Virus record (IMG/VR): IMGVR_UViG_3300018080_000537
Span: 1-25,960 of that record
Direction: 5' to 3' (one strand)
Source: a virus
Lineage: Duplodnaviria > Caudoviricetes
DNA length: 25,960 nucleotides
Made by a program: the position numbers and the translations under genes. A model generated the notes under the pieces. It worked only from the letters and a program-made list of their open reading frames with translations, had not been told where the DNA came from and did no database searches. Numbering within the stretch: the stretch's first letter is position 1; each line of letters begins with the position of its first letter. This document shows, in pieces, positions 25,663 to 25,960 of the stretch.

Positions 25663-25678
25663 CCGAAACCTTTATATA
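25663..25678 (+). promoter_or_regulatory. Archaeal-type promoter (BRE plus TATA), divergent from the structural operon
   Basis: CCGAAACC-TTTATATA matches the AAANN-TTTATATA archaeal consensus. Confidence 0.55.
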
Positions 25679-25960
25679 GTAGGAGTTACCAACATACCTA
25701 TATTTTACACTATAAAACTCCTATAAAATAGTATTTAACATCATCTATAAACATAAGTTGACACTACCTTCTAGATTTGCCTGAGGATTGACAGAGAGCC
25801 ACGCTAAGGGCAAAACTCTTATTACCCTATACTATACCCCTAGAACGGCTTTTTTAGGGGTAAGTGGCCTTAGAATGCTTTAAAATGCGTTTTCGGGCTA
25901 GAGAAGGTTTTGCTTTCCGTTAACACATATTTTTTTAACTAAGTTCGGTATAGGGTTGTG

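Larger units (their letters stand above)
1..25960 (-). mobile_element. Head-neck-tail morphogenesis module of a tailed virus or provirus (Caudoviricetes), probably archaeal host
   Basis: Co-oriented, tightly packed TerS-TerL-portal-protease-MCP-neck-tail tube-TAC genes. Alba gene, GGTGA SD sites (upstream of 25523, 11680, 6110) and a BRE-TATA element suggest an archaeal host. No integrase or att site in the window, so free virus versus provirus is unresolved. Confidence 0.93.

Noticed and set aside
25781-25820. CTGAGGA as a hammerhead ribozyme core
   Set aside because: No correctly placed GAAA or stem II/III could be built by eye.
1-25960. Alternative genetic code, tRNA or rRNA genes
   Set aside because: Genes are intact and tightly packed under the standard code with TAA, TAG and TGA all used as stops; no cloverleaf or rRNA-like tract was seen.

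Overview
This AT-rich window is one continuous minus-strand virion morphogenesis operon of a tailed dsDNA virus or provirus (Caudoviricetes, HK97-fold). In transcription order it encodes: TerS, two small membrane proteins, TerL, Alba, portal, a DUF2213-like protease, several small proteins including a HIT-like protein, a second (XkdF/HK97-type) protease fused to a scaffold, four paralogous cement proteins, MCP, an intein-containing head-tail adaptor, two HNH nucleases, head closure, gp10-like neck, tail terminator, two paralogous tail-tube proteins and a tail assembly chaperone with a +1 frameshift. These are followed, with no tape-measure gene in between, by accessory proteins, a 429-aa and a 1906-aa fibre-like protein and a CxxCxxCC protein. 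An archaeal host is inferred from Alba, GGTGA-type ribosome-binding sites, a BRE-TATA promoter and the TTT-CGN +1 frameshift motif. The most notable observations are the virus-encoded Alba variant between TerL and portal, the intein in a head-tail adaptor, two different maturation proteases, expanded paralogous structural genes, the missing tape measure, an apparent AUA start codon and a recurring intergenic motif. All family calls come from motif recognition by eye; no database search was run.
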